Below, in pieces: positions 37,252-46,301 of a DNA stretch of 64,000 bases. Both the position numbers and the translations under genes were made by a program. Origin of the DNA: an uncultured Candidatus Saccharibacteria bacterium (GTDB taxonomy: Bacteria > Patescibacteriota > Minisyncoccia > Phycocordibacterales > UBA918). The notes beneath the pieces were generated by a model. It was not told the origin of the DNA, did not search any database, and saw only the letters and a list, made by a program, of their open reading frames with translations. Within the stretch, counting starts at the first letter, position 1; each line of letters opens with the position of its first letter. Location: positions 64,382-128,381 of the forward strand of contig CAYGLK010000002.1 of assembly GCA_964350985.1 (NCBI GenBank). Direction: 5' to 3'.

Positions 37252-38754
37252 ATGTCCAAAAGCATTTTCTCTTGGTTTACTCTTATTGCCCTCGTTCTTA
37301 TCATTGGGGTTGTTGCTCTTACTAAACAAGTCTTTTTTCCAAGTCAGACTGAATATGTTACAGCGACAGTTGAGCTTGGTTCAGTCCGAGAAATTGTTTC
37401 TGTTTCTGGTGAAGTTGAAGCACAAAAAATTGCTGATTTAGCCTTTCCTAGTAGCGGTGTTGTGACTGATGTTTTTGTCGATGAAGGTTCAGAAATTAAA
37501 GCCGGCGACTTACTCGCTACCTTGGCCGCTAATCAACTTGTGGCTGAAAGAGCTGAAGCGGTTAGCGGCCTGCTCGCAGCTGAAGCCACTTACCGAAAAA
37601 CTCTGGCCGGGCCAAGGGATGAAACTCTCAGTGTAGCCAATACTTCAATTACCAATGCCGAAGCAAACCTAATTAGAGTTACAGCCGAAGAAGAAGTAAA
37701 GGTAAACAACGCTAGAGTTGCCTTACTTTCTACTGGACTAATAGCTACTACAGAAGATGTAGACGAGAGAGGTACGGCGCCGACAGTGAGCGGTAGCTAT
37801 ATGTGTGAAGAAGAAGGTAATTATGAAATATTAGTCTATAGCTCCAGCGCTCAGTCCGGTTATTCTTATAGTTACTCAGGCTTAGAAAAAGGAGTAGCTA
37901 CTGCTGGTACAGATCAGCCAGCTGCACTAGGTAACTGTGGTCTCTTTTTACAATTTTCTCCAGGTAATAATTACAGTTCTTCAAAATGGAACATTAAGAT
38001 TCCTAACACACGATCAAGTAATTACCCTACCCTAAACAACAATTACGAACTTACAAAAACGCAATCCAAAAACGCTATCGAGAATGCCAAAAATAACCTG
38101 GAGCTAGCTAAAAAGGAGGCTGGTTTATCTACTGCACCTGCCAGAACTGAGGAAGTCACTGAGGCCAATGCAGTTGTTGCTCAAGCTAGAGCTAGGGTAG
38201 CGGCGATTGACGCCAAGATAGCTGACCGTTCTATTGTTTCTCCCTTTGACGGCATAGTCACCAGAGTAGACATCACTAAAGGGGAAAGTTCTCCTGTTAG
38301 TTCTGTGATGACTGTACTAGCAGACGACACCTTTAGACTTAAAGCTCGGATACCAGAGATTGATATAACTAAAATAAAAGTTGGTCAAAAAACGACAGCT
38401 ATCTTTGATGCTTCTAGTGACGAAAGTATTGCAGGGACTATTACCTATATCTCCCCTATCGCCACCAAGATCGATGGCGTCGCTTACTTTGAAGTCGATA
38501 TTATTTTAGATGAAGCGCCCGAATGGCTTCGTGATGGACTAAATGCAGATATTGATATTTTGATTCAAAACAAAGATGAGGTCTTACGTTTACCAAAAAG
38601 ATTTGTTCAAAAAAATGATGCAGGAATAAATGAAGTCTTGTTACTGACAAAAAACAAAGTGACTAGCACTACTGTTGAAGTGATTTTTGTCGGTAACGAC
38701 AGCTTCGTTGAAATCACAGGTTTATCAGCTGGACAGATTGTAGTTGCTCCTTAG
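37252..38754 (+). CDS. HlyD-family periplasmic adaptor (membrane fusion protein, MacA-like) with an approximately 95-aa Ser/Tyr/Asn-rich insertion
   Basis: 500 aa; N-terminal TM; biotinyl/lipoyl-like hairpin VSGEVEAQKIADLAFPSSGVV..GDLLATL; C-terminal beta-barrel; first gene of the efflux trio. Confidence 0.7.
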   Translation: MSKSIFSWFTLIALVLIIGVVALTKQVFFPSQTEYVTATVELGSVREIVSVSGEVEAQKIADLAFPSSGVVTDVFVDEGSEIKAGDLLATLAANQLVAERAEAVSGLLAAEATYRKTLAGPRDETLSVANTSITNAEANLIRVTAEEEVKVNNARVALLSTGLIATTEDVDERGTAPTVSGSYMCEEEGNYEILVYSSSAQSGYSYSYSGLEKGVATAGTDQPAALGNCGLFLQFSPGNNYSSSKWNIKIPNTRSSNYPTLNNNYELTKTQSKNAIENAKNNLELAKKEAGLSTAPARTEEVTEANAVVAQARARVAAIDAKIADRSIVSPFDGIVTRVDITKGESSPVSSVMTVLADDTFRLKARIPEIDITKIKVGQKTTAIFDASSDESIAGTITYISPIATKIDGVAYFEVDIILDEAPEWLRDGLNADIDILIQNKDEVLRLPKRFVQKNDAGINEVLLLTKNKVTSTTVEVIFVGNDSFVEITGLSAGQIVVAP

Positions 38755-38756
38755 GT

Positions 38757-40004
38757 ATGCGTGGATTTAAAATTGGTCTTCTACTTGGATTGCGCCAAAT
38801 ACAACGAGCTAGTGTTTGGACTACAGCTCTGATTATCTTTGTGATGATGCTGACTTTCCTGAACCTGATTGCCGTCTCTGGTATTTTAGTCGGGTTAATT
38901 GAAGGAGCAGAGCAAGCAGTGCGGAAAAGTGCTTTAGGTGACATTGTTATTACTGAACTAGACGAGGAAGATCATATTCTTGAGACTGAGACCTTTGTAC
39001 GTGAGATATCTGCCTATCCTGAGATTCAAACATACTCTGTCCGTTTTAAAGCTGGAGCCACTCTGGAAGCAAATTATAAAGAGAGGCGGAACCTACAAAA
39101 CGAACGAGACGTTGCAGCTGTTAATGTTACTGGTATCGACCCAGTCCAAGAAAACACCATGACTAACCTAGCTGACCTTGTAGTTGAAGGTGAATACCTT
39201 GATCCAAATGAAGAAGGGTATATCTTAATTGGTGTCTTTTTTATTGAAGAGTACGCACAACAGTTTGGAGACGTGTTTCAAAGTGTCAAAGGAGTTAAAC
39301 CTGGAGACAGTGTCAGACTAACTAGCGGTGACATCTCAAAAGAATTTATTGTAAAAGGCCTCGTTGAATCCAAGGTTGATGAAATTAATCTCACTACGTT
39401 TATAAACGAACGAGAATTTCGAAGATTATTCAACATACTTGATCGAAACGCTGACCAAATAGTGATCCGAACTAAAGACCCTAGTGCTAACGCCGCCATT
39501 GTCTCCTCAATGCAAGCTAGTGGACTAGATGCTTACGCTAAAATTCTCACCTTTGAAGAAAACTTACCGAAGTTTTTGATTGATATCAAAAATACTTTCA
39601 ATGTCCTTGGTACATTTATCGGCTCTATCGGTATAGTAGTAGCCTCCATCACTATTTTTATTATCATCTTTATTAACGCCCTCTCACGCCGACGTCATAT
39701 AGGTATTTTAAAAGGTATTGGTATTGAACGAAGAGTAATTGAAACAGCCTACGTCGCCCAAGCCGCTTTCTATGCTTTCTCAGGATCATTACTTGGAGCC
39801 CTACTCACCTACGGCTTCTTAGTTCCCTACTTCAACCAAAACCCAATCCAATTTCCTTTTAGTGATGGAATATTATCAGCTGATGTTGAAAGCACTTTCT
39901 ATAAATTTATTGTTTTGTTTGTCATCACCCTCATTGCTGGCTTCATTCCAGCCTGGTTAATCGCTAGAGAAAATACTCTTAACTCAATTTTGGGTAGAAA
40001 GTAA
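38757..40004 (+). CDS. ABC transporter permease, FtsX/MacB-type
   Basis: 415 aa; N-terminal TM, large periplasmic domain, C-terminal 3-TM FtsX-like bundle. Confidence 0.7.
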   Translation: MRGFKIGLLLGLRQIQRASVWTTALIIFVMMLTFLNLIAVSGILVGLIEGAEQAVRKSALGDIVITELDEEDHILETETFVREISAYPEIQTYSVRFKAGATLEANYKERRNLQNERDVAAVNVTGIDPVQENTMTNLADLVVEGEYLDPNEEGYILIGVFFIEEYAQQFGDVFQSVKGVKPGDSVRLTSGDISKEFIVKGLVESKVDEINLTTFINEREFRRLFNILDRNADQIVIRTKDPSANAAIVSSMQASGLDAYAKILTFEENLPKFLIDIKNTFNVLGTFIGSIGIVVASITIFIIIFINALSRRRHIGILKGIGIERRVIETAYVAQAAFYAFSGSLLGALLTYGFLVPYFNQNPIQFPFSDGILSADVESTFYKFIVLFVITLIAGFIPAWLIARENTLNSILGRK

Positions 40005-40007
40005 TAT

Positions 40008-40700
40008 ATGGAAATTATTCAAGCAAAAAACATTGTTCGTACATTTGGTAAAGAGCCTTTACTGACTCACGTACTTAAAGGCGTCGATGTCTCAGTCCAA
40101 GAAGGAGAGTTTGTCGCCATCATGGGAAAGTCTGGTGCTGGTAAGTCTACCCTGATGTATCAACTTTCAGTATTGGATAAACCAACTTCAGGTGACTTAG
40201 TAGTGGATGGAACTAATGTCATGAGTCTAGGTGAAAAAGAAAGGACTGCTTTTCGTCTAAATACCCTAGGATATGTTTTTCAAGACTATGCCCTGGTACC
40301 TGACTTAGCTGCTAGAGAAAATATCATGATGCCGCTTTTGATGCGGGGCCAGGATTGGAGTGCAGCTAGCAAAAAAGCTGACGCCGCTTTAGATAGTGTT
40401 GGTCTTCAAGGTAAATATAAAAACCTCCCAGCAGAATTATCTGGAGGTGAACAACAAAGAGTAGCTATCGCCAGAGCTATAGCTAGTGAGCCAAAGATTA
40501 TTTTTGCTGACGAGCCAACCGCCAACCTCGACAGTGTCTCGAGTCGCCAGGTGATAGATCTCATCAGTGACCTAAACCACAACACTGGACAGACAGTTGT
40601 TATGGTTACCCACGAAAGAGAGTATGCTCTTGGTGCCAACCGTATTTTACATATGGAAGATGGAGTGATAGTTCTGGAGGAGAAGTTACGTGATTTGTAA
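40008..40700 (+). CDS. ABC transporter ATP-binding protein (MacB/LolD-like)
   Basis: Walker A GKSGAGKST, signature LSGGEQQRVAIARA, Walker B IIFADEPT, H-loop. Confidence 0.85.
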   Translation: MEIIQAKNIVRTFGKEPLLTHVLKGVDVSVQEGEFVAIMGKSGAGKSTLMYQLSVLDKPTSGDLVVDGTNVMSLGEKERTAFRLNTLGYVFQDYALVPDLAARENIMMPLLMRGQDWSAASKKADAALDSVGLQGKYKNLPAELSGGEQQRVAIARAIASEPKIIFADEPTANLDSVSSRQVIDLISDLNHNTGQTVVMVTHEREYALGANRILHMEDGVIVLEEKLRDL

Positions 40701-40720
40701 TATAAATAATAAAAAACCGT

Positions 40721-40753
40721 TGCCTAGGGGCAACGGTTTTTTATTTCTCTTAG
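40721..40753. terminator. Bidirectional terminator (aaaaaa-ccgttgcc-tagg-ggcaacgg-tttttt)
   Basis: Perfect 8-bp GC stem with A- and T-runs; lies between the convergent ABC operon and the 474-aa gene. Confidence 0.65.
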
Positions 40754-40768
40754 TAGCTACTTTGACTC

Positions 40769-42193
40769 TTAGTAACTATCTGATTTATAGACCTGATCCA
40801 AGACCGGTTGAGGTGGCATTGGGATCGGGTCTGGGTCCGGAATAAAGCTACTTTGGTAAACATTAATTACAAAGTGACTATCGCTTGAATCATAGATTCT
40901 TTTTGATGTGGCAGATATAAGACTGTCTTCTCCAGCTACAATGGTGAATTTATATTTTGAGTTGTTTGGTAAATCTCTTAATAATTTATAACAACTTGAT
41001 TCAGACGTAATTCTAAACACATTACTTTCATCTTCTAAGTAAACTTTACCTAGCGCACATCTTTTTCCTGTTGACGGCTCTAGATATGTTTGAGCCACTC
41101 CACTCAAATTCGTCGATTCCCACTTGGTGGTAATCTTCATATTGCTTTCATCGAGACTCAACGTCTCACCTCCATTTGGGCTTAGTACTTTTACTGTTGG
41201 AGTCGTGGGAGATATTGATCCTGAAACACTAAATACAACCGAGTTTCCAGGAACACCAGTAATTTTTTGTTCTATAGAAAGCTTATGCTTACCTGCACTT
41301 AAATTTTCAGGCACTACAAAACTAAATGATTTACCTGACGTATCCGGATATTGAATACCATACGTATCAAAAACGCCGTCAATAGCAATTGGATTACCAT
41401 AAAGATTTGTTCCATAGACATCTACCCTACTACCAGGAGTAACATACTCTGGCTTTATTTTAGTTATATAAGGGACTGAAGAAGTTGCAACGAGTTCACC
41501 GACAATCTTAAAATAATTACTTTCACCACAAGTTACTCCTCCGGTTGGTTTTAGAACATTAGGAGCACATACAGCAAACTTATATTCACCTGTACCGTAC
41601 TTTAATTTCACTTGTGCTAGGTCAATTCGAACTAAGTTTCCAGCGTTAAATGGACTAGTATTTACCAACTGACGAGCTACTGCAACATCACCTTGCTTGA
41701 TTAAATAGATACTCCGCTTCTCATCAACAGCAATATTAGTGTCGTATTGAATCGCAATTACATGTCTACCAGCAACAAAACTTTCACCGCCAGCAGGGTA
41801 GGTAATATCAATAGTGTAGTAAGGGCGAACATCATCTAACTCCTTACTATCAGTATCTTCAGAAGCGGCATCCATCGCAACTGTTGGAACCACAACACCT
41901 CTTTCCTTTAAGAGTGATTGATAAAGCGCCATCAACTGATTTAACGCCGCCATCAACTCAGCAATCTTTTGCTCTGAGGCGATAGTAGCGTTTACAAGCG
42001 CTCCAGGCTTATTTCTTTCCACTACTGCTGATAGAGCCAACTCAGCTCCGGAAACCAAAAGCGGAAATGTATCTTCGGTAACGCTAGCTGCTTCTGCTCG
42101 ACTGGTGGTAATAAAACTCCCGAGTCCTACGATACTTAGTATGAAAAACGCGACAGCGGTTTGTGTAAATCTTCTACTTAAATGATTGGTCAT
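40769..42193 (-). CDS. Secreted/anchored hypothetical protein with beta-rich (Ig/TIG-like) repeats and Pro-rich C-terminus
   Basis: 474-aa ORF with N-terminal TM/signal. Confidence 0.45.
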   Translation of the reverse strand: MTNHLSRRFTQTAVAFFILSIVGLGSFITTSRAEAASVTEDTFPLLVSGAELALSAVVERNKPGALVNATIASEQKIAELMAALNQLMALYQSLLKERGVVVPTVAMDAASEDTDSKELDDVRPYYTIDITYPAGGESFVAGRHVIAIQYDTNIAVDEKRSIYLIKQGDVAVARQLVNTSPFNAGNLVRIDLAQVKLKYGTGEYKFAVCAPNVLKPTGGVTCGESNYFKIVGELVATSSVPYITKIKPEYVTPGSRVDVYGTNLYGNPIAIDGVFDTYGIQYPDTSGKSFSFVVPENLSAGKHKLSIEQKITGVPGNSVVFSVSGSISPTTPTVKVLSPNGGETLSLDESNMKITTKWESTNLSGVAQTYLEPSTGKRCALGKVYLEDESNVFRITSESSCYKLLRDLPNNSKYKFTIVAGEDSLISATSKRIYDSSDSHFVINVYQSSFIPDPDPIPMPPQPVLDQVYKSDSY

Positions 42194-42317
42194 GATGATA
42201 TTGCTAATGTTATTAATGAACTAAAACACGAAAAAAGGTCGCCCTTGCGGGCGACCTCCAGTAATTTGAAATATAACACCTATTTGAACAGCTGTGTTAA
42301 GCCATTGGGGATAACAA

Positions 42318-42350
42318 AAACCCGCGTCCTAAAGGTCGCGGGTTTTTGTT
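42318..42350. terminator. Bidirectional terminator (aaaaa-cccgcg-tcctaaaggt-cgcggg-ttttt) downstream of ftsH
   Basis: Perfect 6-bp GC stem with flanking runs. Confidence 0.55.
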
Positions 42351-42360
42351 TAAAATTTAT

Positions 42361-44424
42361 TTATTTATTTTCTGACTGATTTTCTTTTCTTAAAACTTTA
42401 GTTGGATCCGCTAGAGCTTCGTCAGCTTCTCGTTGCTTTTTGAAGGCATCTTGGATAGCTACTCCTTCACTCTTAAGTAGTGCTTCGTACTCTTCACGTT
42501 CTAGAGTTTCGACTTCAGCCAAACGCTTTGAAATCACATCCAAAGCTGGTCGATACTTGGTCAAAATCTCTTTTGCTTTTTCTTTTCCTTCTTGAATGAT
42601 TCGAGATACTTCGTCATCGATAGCTTTAGCTACTTGTGGTGAGTAACCACGATCTTCGCTAGCTGCTCCGCCAATAGTTCGTCCACCCATTCCTTCAAGT
42701 GCAATTGGACCAAGAGAACTCATTCCGTACTTAGTCACCATATCACGAGCTAAGTTTGCTACCACTTGAAGATCATTACTCGGACCAGTAGACAGGTCGT
42801 CAAAAACCATTTCTTCAGTTACATACCCTCCAAGTGTCATTGCGATATCATCTAAGAATTCTTTTCGAGTATGCATTCTTCGATCTTCATCAGGAAGCTT
42901 AAGAGTGTATCCAGCTGCTCGTCCTCTAGAGATCACAGAGATCTTTTGTACCGGATCGGCATAAGGCAATACTGAAGCTACAAGTGCGTGACCAACTTCA
43001 TGGTAAGCGGTGATCAGTCTCTCACGAGAAGACAACACATGACTCTTTCGTTCAGGACCTAACATTACTTTTTCAATCGAACGGATCACATCAAATTGTC
43101 CAACCTTCTGTCGCTTTTCTCGAGCAGCCAAAATAGCGGCTTCGTTCATTAGTGAAGCTAGGTCTGCTCCAGAGAAACCAGGAGTTCGTTGCGCTACTAT
43201 TTCCAAGTTCACATCATCTTGAAGTGGCTTCTTGCGTGCGTGCACTTTAAGAATTTCTTCTCGATCTTTTCGGTCAGGTAAATCAATAGTTACTCTTCGA
43301 TCAAATCGCCCTGGTCGAAGTAGTGCCGGGTCAAGCACATCAGGACGGTTAGTGGCTGCCATGACAATCACTTTAGCGTTTGGTTCAAAACCATCCATTT
43401 CAACTAAGATCTGGTTTAGTGTTTGTTCACGTTCATCATTTCCTCCACCAACACCAGTACCACGCACTCGTCCAACCGCATCAATCTCATCGACGAAGAT
43501 GATAGCCGGAGCTGCTTTTTTTGCCATTGAGAATAAATCACGTACTCGTGACGCACCTACTCCAACAAACATTTCGACGAACTCTGAACCAGAGATAGAA
43601 AAGAATGGTACTCCGGCCTCCCCCGCTACTGCTCGAGCCAGCAAAGTCTTACCTGTACCTGGTGCACCCATCATCATCACTCCCTTAGGAATCTCAGCAC
43701 CGATATCCAAAAACTTTTTTGGATTCTTTAGAAAATCTACAATCTCTTCTAGTTCTTGCTTGGCTTCTTTAGCACCAGCAACATCTTTAAAGGTAACTTT
43801 TTGACTACTGTCGTTTGGGTCAATTACCCGCGCCTTACTATTACCAAAGTTCAGTGCCTGCATTCCAGCCCCTTTAACTGAACGAGTGAAGAACCAAATA
43901 ATCAAAATCAAGAATAGTAGCGGGAATAGGAATGGCGCAAATTGTCCAAACCAGTATCCGAAACCAGTCTCTCGCTGTACATCAATTTGAATTTCAGCTA
44001 GTTGTTCTGCACTAACACCAAAGTTAGTTAGAGATTCTGAAACCGAAGCGTCGGTTTCTCTTTTTGTTATAGCCGCATTACGAGTCTCATCGTTGTATGC
44101 AATCTCAAGCGCACTACCACGAACAATGATCTCTTTTACTTCCCCTGCCTTAACCTGATTTACCACTTCAGAAATAGAAAGTTCTTCAGGTTCTGTCTTT
44201 GTGTCTGTTAGGTAACTAAAGAGAGCTGTCACTAAGACCAACAACAAAACTGTTGAAAGCATATTGTTCCAGAAATTCCCTGGACCAAGTGGCATTTTCT
44301 TTCCTCCTTTGGGTGCTGGAACCTTTTTTTCCTCCACTGGTTTTGAAGAAGCATCATTTTCCGGCTTTACATCTGCTTTCTGGTCAACTTCTGGTGTGTT
44401 TTTTTCATTTTCTAATTTAGACAT
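42361..44424 (-). CDS. ftsH: ATP-dependent zinc metalloprotease FtsH with Lys/Glu-rich N-terminal extension
   Basis: 687 aa; AAA+ Walker [23 protein letters not shown], Walker [15 protein letters not shown], protease HEVGHAL. Confidence 0.9.
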   Translation of the reverse strand: MSKLENEKNTPEVDQKADVKPENDASSKPVEEKKVPAPKGGKKMPLGPGNFWNNMLSTVLLLVLVTALFSYLTDTKTEPEELSISEVVNQVKAGEVKEIIVRGSALEIAYNDETRNAAITKRETDASVSESLTNFGVSAEQLAEIQIDVQRETGFGYWFGQFAPFLFPLLFLILIIWFFTRSVKGAGMQALNFGNSKARVIDPNDSSQKVTFKDVAGAKEAKQELEEIVDFLKNPKKFLDIGAEIPKGVMMMGAPGTGKTLLARAVAGEAGVPFFSISGSEFVEMFVGVGASRVRDLFSMAKKAAPAIIFVDEIDAVGRVRGTGVGGGNDEREQTLNQILVEMDGFEPNAKVIVMAATNRPDVLDPALLRPGRFDRRVTIDLPDRKDREEILKVHARKKPLQDDVNLEIVAQRTPGFSGADLASLMNEAAILAAREKRQKVGQFDVIRSIEKVMLGPERKSHVLSSRERLITAYHEVGHALVASVLPYADPVQKISVISRGRAAGYTLKLPDEDRRMHTRKEFLDDIAMTLGGYVTEEMVFDDLSTGPSNDLQVVANLARDMVTKYGMSSLGPIALEGMGGRTIGGAASEDRGYSPQVAKAIDDEVSRIIQEGKEKAKEILTKYRPALDVISKRLAEVETLEREEYEALLKSEGVAIQDAFKKQREADEALADPTKVLRKENQSENK

Positions 44425-44540
44425 AGTATGGGCATTATACAGAAAAAATACAGATTTACGAGCTTATTTTGATCAACTCAAACTACATTTAAATGATTGC
44501 TCTTCAGCCAAATAAACACTATAGTTAAGCTTATAACCAC

Positions 44541-44987
44541 ATGACTGATTACGTAAAAAACCGAAAAGCGAGCTTTGACTTTGAATTCCTCGAACAATAT
44601 GAAGCCGGGGTGATTCTCTCTGGTTTTGAAGTCAAAGCCATTAGAGCCAACAAAGCCAACCTAAATGGAGCTTATGTTATTATTCGTGGCGGTGAAGCTT
44701 TCCTGGTTAATGCCTCTATTAGTCCCTATCAGCCAATAAACACTCCAAAAAACTACGATCCAGAACGAGCTCGTAAATTGCTTTTAAGCAAGAAACAGCT
44801 GGCTGAATTGGAGCAAGGGAGTGAAAAGAATGGCTTGACAATAGTGGCTATTAAGTGGTATAATAAGGGAAGTAAGATCAAGTTACATATTGCCTTAGCT
44901 CGTGGAAAGCGTAGTGTAGACAAGCGCGAAAAGCTAAAGGAAAAAAGTAGCAAACGCGACATCGATCGTCTTTTGAAAAATCAATAA
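44541..44987 (+). CDS. smpB: SsrA-binding protein SmpB
   Basis: 148 aa; family-typical N-terminus and conserved K/R-rich C-terminal tail; immediately upstream of the tmRNA. Confidence 0.85.
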   Translation: MTDYVKNRKASFDFEFLEQYEAGVILSGFEVKAIRANKANLNGAYVIIRGGEAFLVNASISPYQPINTPKNYDPERARKLLLSKKQLAELEQGSEKNGLTIVAIKWYNKGSKIKLHIALARGKRSVDKREKLKEKSSKRDIDRLLKNQ

Positions 44988-45071
44988 CCTTTGAAAGAGT
45001 CTAGACTTTGATCCGTCATCAAATTACACATAGTTCCCGCCTTCCCTTTTATCTAGAATAGAAGTGAGTGC

Positions 45072-45464
45072 GGGGATGCTAGGCATCGACGGTTAGCCTA
45101 CCCATTATGTGCAGTGTCGAAATTGGAATCAATTCGTTAAAAGGTTCCATCTGTATTTGCAAACAAGCCAATACCAAGTCCTTACGCTAACGCGTTTGGA
45201 TTCGCTCCCGCTCTAGCGTAACCATTCGCCTAGACCCGGATCGATGCGATCGTACTAAACGCCTCATACAGTACGATTCGTAGAATAGCCACGAGGCTGT
45301 GGACTTAAGTGTCGTTGTCGCTTAAGTTCAAGATTGTCACAACTCGAGTAATTGTTGTTTTGTCTCTTCTATAGACAGTTACTTTAAATCAAAGGAGAAA
45401 CTACACACTGTAGATTCATGATGAGTACCTGATTCGGACGGGGTTTCGATTACCCCCATCTCCA
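45072..45464 (+). ncRNA. ssrA: tmRNA (ssrA), one-piece; tag ORF 45159-45221 encodes ANKPIPSPYANAFGFAPALA
   Basis: 5' end GGGGATGCTAGGCATCGACGG (tmRNA-like start); 3' tRNA-like domain GGGGT-TTCGATT-ACCCC plus acceptor CATCTCC pairing with GGGGATG. GCA resume codon in ...tttGCAAAC..., tag ends ALA-TAA. Adjacent to smpB. Confidence 0.7.
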
Positions 45465-45469
45465 CTCGC

Positions 45470-45500
45470 TGAAAATATCCCTATTTTATAGGGATATTTT
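45470..45500 (+). terminator. Terminator after tmRNA (aaaatatccctat-ttt-atagggatatttt)
   Basis: Perfect 13-bp stem plus T-run. Confidence 0.6.
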
Positions 45501-45534
45501 CTATTTATATATAATGATAAATTGAACCAAAACA

Positions 45535-45563
45535 TTGACATTTTGTGTATTTAGTTTATTATT
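45535..45563 (+). promoter_or_regulatory. Sigma70-like promoter TTGACA-17 nt-ATTATT upstream of the GC-rich ORF
   Basis: TTGACA at 45535-45540; AT-rich -10 region; RBS GGAGGTGA 4 nt before the ATG at 45603. Confidence 0.35.
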
Positions 45564-45602
45564 TTTATAAATAAATTGTCCTTTTCACTCGGAGGTGATG
45601 CT

Positions 45603-45983
45603 ATGGGATCTAACGCACGTGCTGACATTTGGGTCGGCATCAAGTTTGATGGCTTCTTCGATAGGAGCGAGTTCGTTGATTTTCTCGACACCACGCAGAT
45701 GTCGGAGGATGAACGTTATGAAATCCTGAACGGGCGCCCTGGCGCTCAAGGAGCAGGAACAATGGTGGGAGAGGATGTCTACGACACCTTCACCTGCTGT
45801 GACGACATGAAGGGCTTCGGCGTCAAGTTGCTCTGGCACGACTGGGACTTCGAGCCGAAAGTGCTCGACTTCAGCCAGCTAGCAAAACAAACGGAAGCGC
45901 TCAAAAAGCGAGTTTCTCAGGTCTTCCAGAAATGGGGTATCCAGGAAGAACCGCATGCGTATCTCCACACCGACTATCGCTGA
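45603..45983 (+). CDS. GC-rich hypothetical protein (126 aa from the RBS-supported start), unknown function, likely foreign origin
   Basis: Strong SD GGAGGTGA; codon usage markedly GC-rich versus neighbours; followed by two-tier hairpin plus cttttctttttt (45993-46043). Confidence 0.5.
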   Translation: MGSNARADIWVGIKFDGFFDRSEFVDFLDTTQMSEDERYEILNGRPGAQGAGTMVGEDVYDTFTCCDDMKGFGVKLLWHDWDFEPKVLDFSQLAKQTEALKKRVSQVFQKWGIQEEPHAYLHTDYR

Positions 45984-46301
45984 CAGTTCCAGCCCTACGA
46001 GGAAGTCCCTGCGACTTCACAACTCGTGGGGCTTTTCTTTTTTATACTATTTTCAATACCATACTTGTGACCTTTTCTCTTTTATAAATTACGTATTTCC
46101 AAGGGCATTTTGTAGGTTCGGACAGGATTTATAAAACAGCCAGAACTTTTCTAGGTAGGTTTTTAGGCGGTTCATTGTTTTACCAGACATGTACACTTTT
46201 ATAATACTAGCGCCTTCGGGCGCTTTTATTATTTAGAACCTGCAAAGACGGTTTCTATGACTAATGGCTGTATTTTTTTGTAGATATGGTATCGTTTCTT
46301 A

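Noticed and set aside
42236-42262. Hairpin gtcgccc-ttgc-gggcgac upstream of the 474-aa gene
   Set aside because: It is a possible terminator or attenuator but lacks a clear U-run on either strand, so it is left unannotated.
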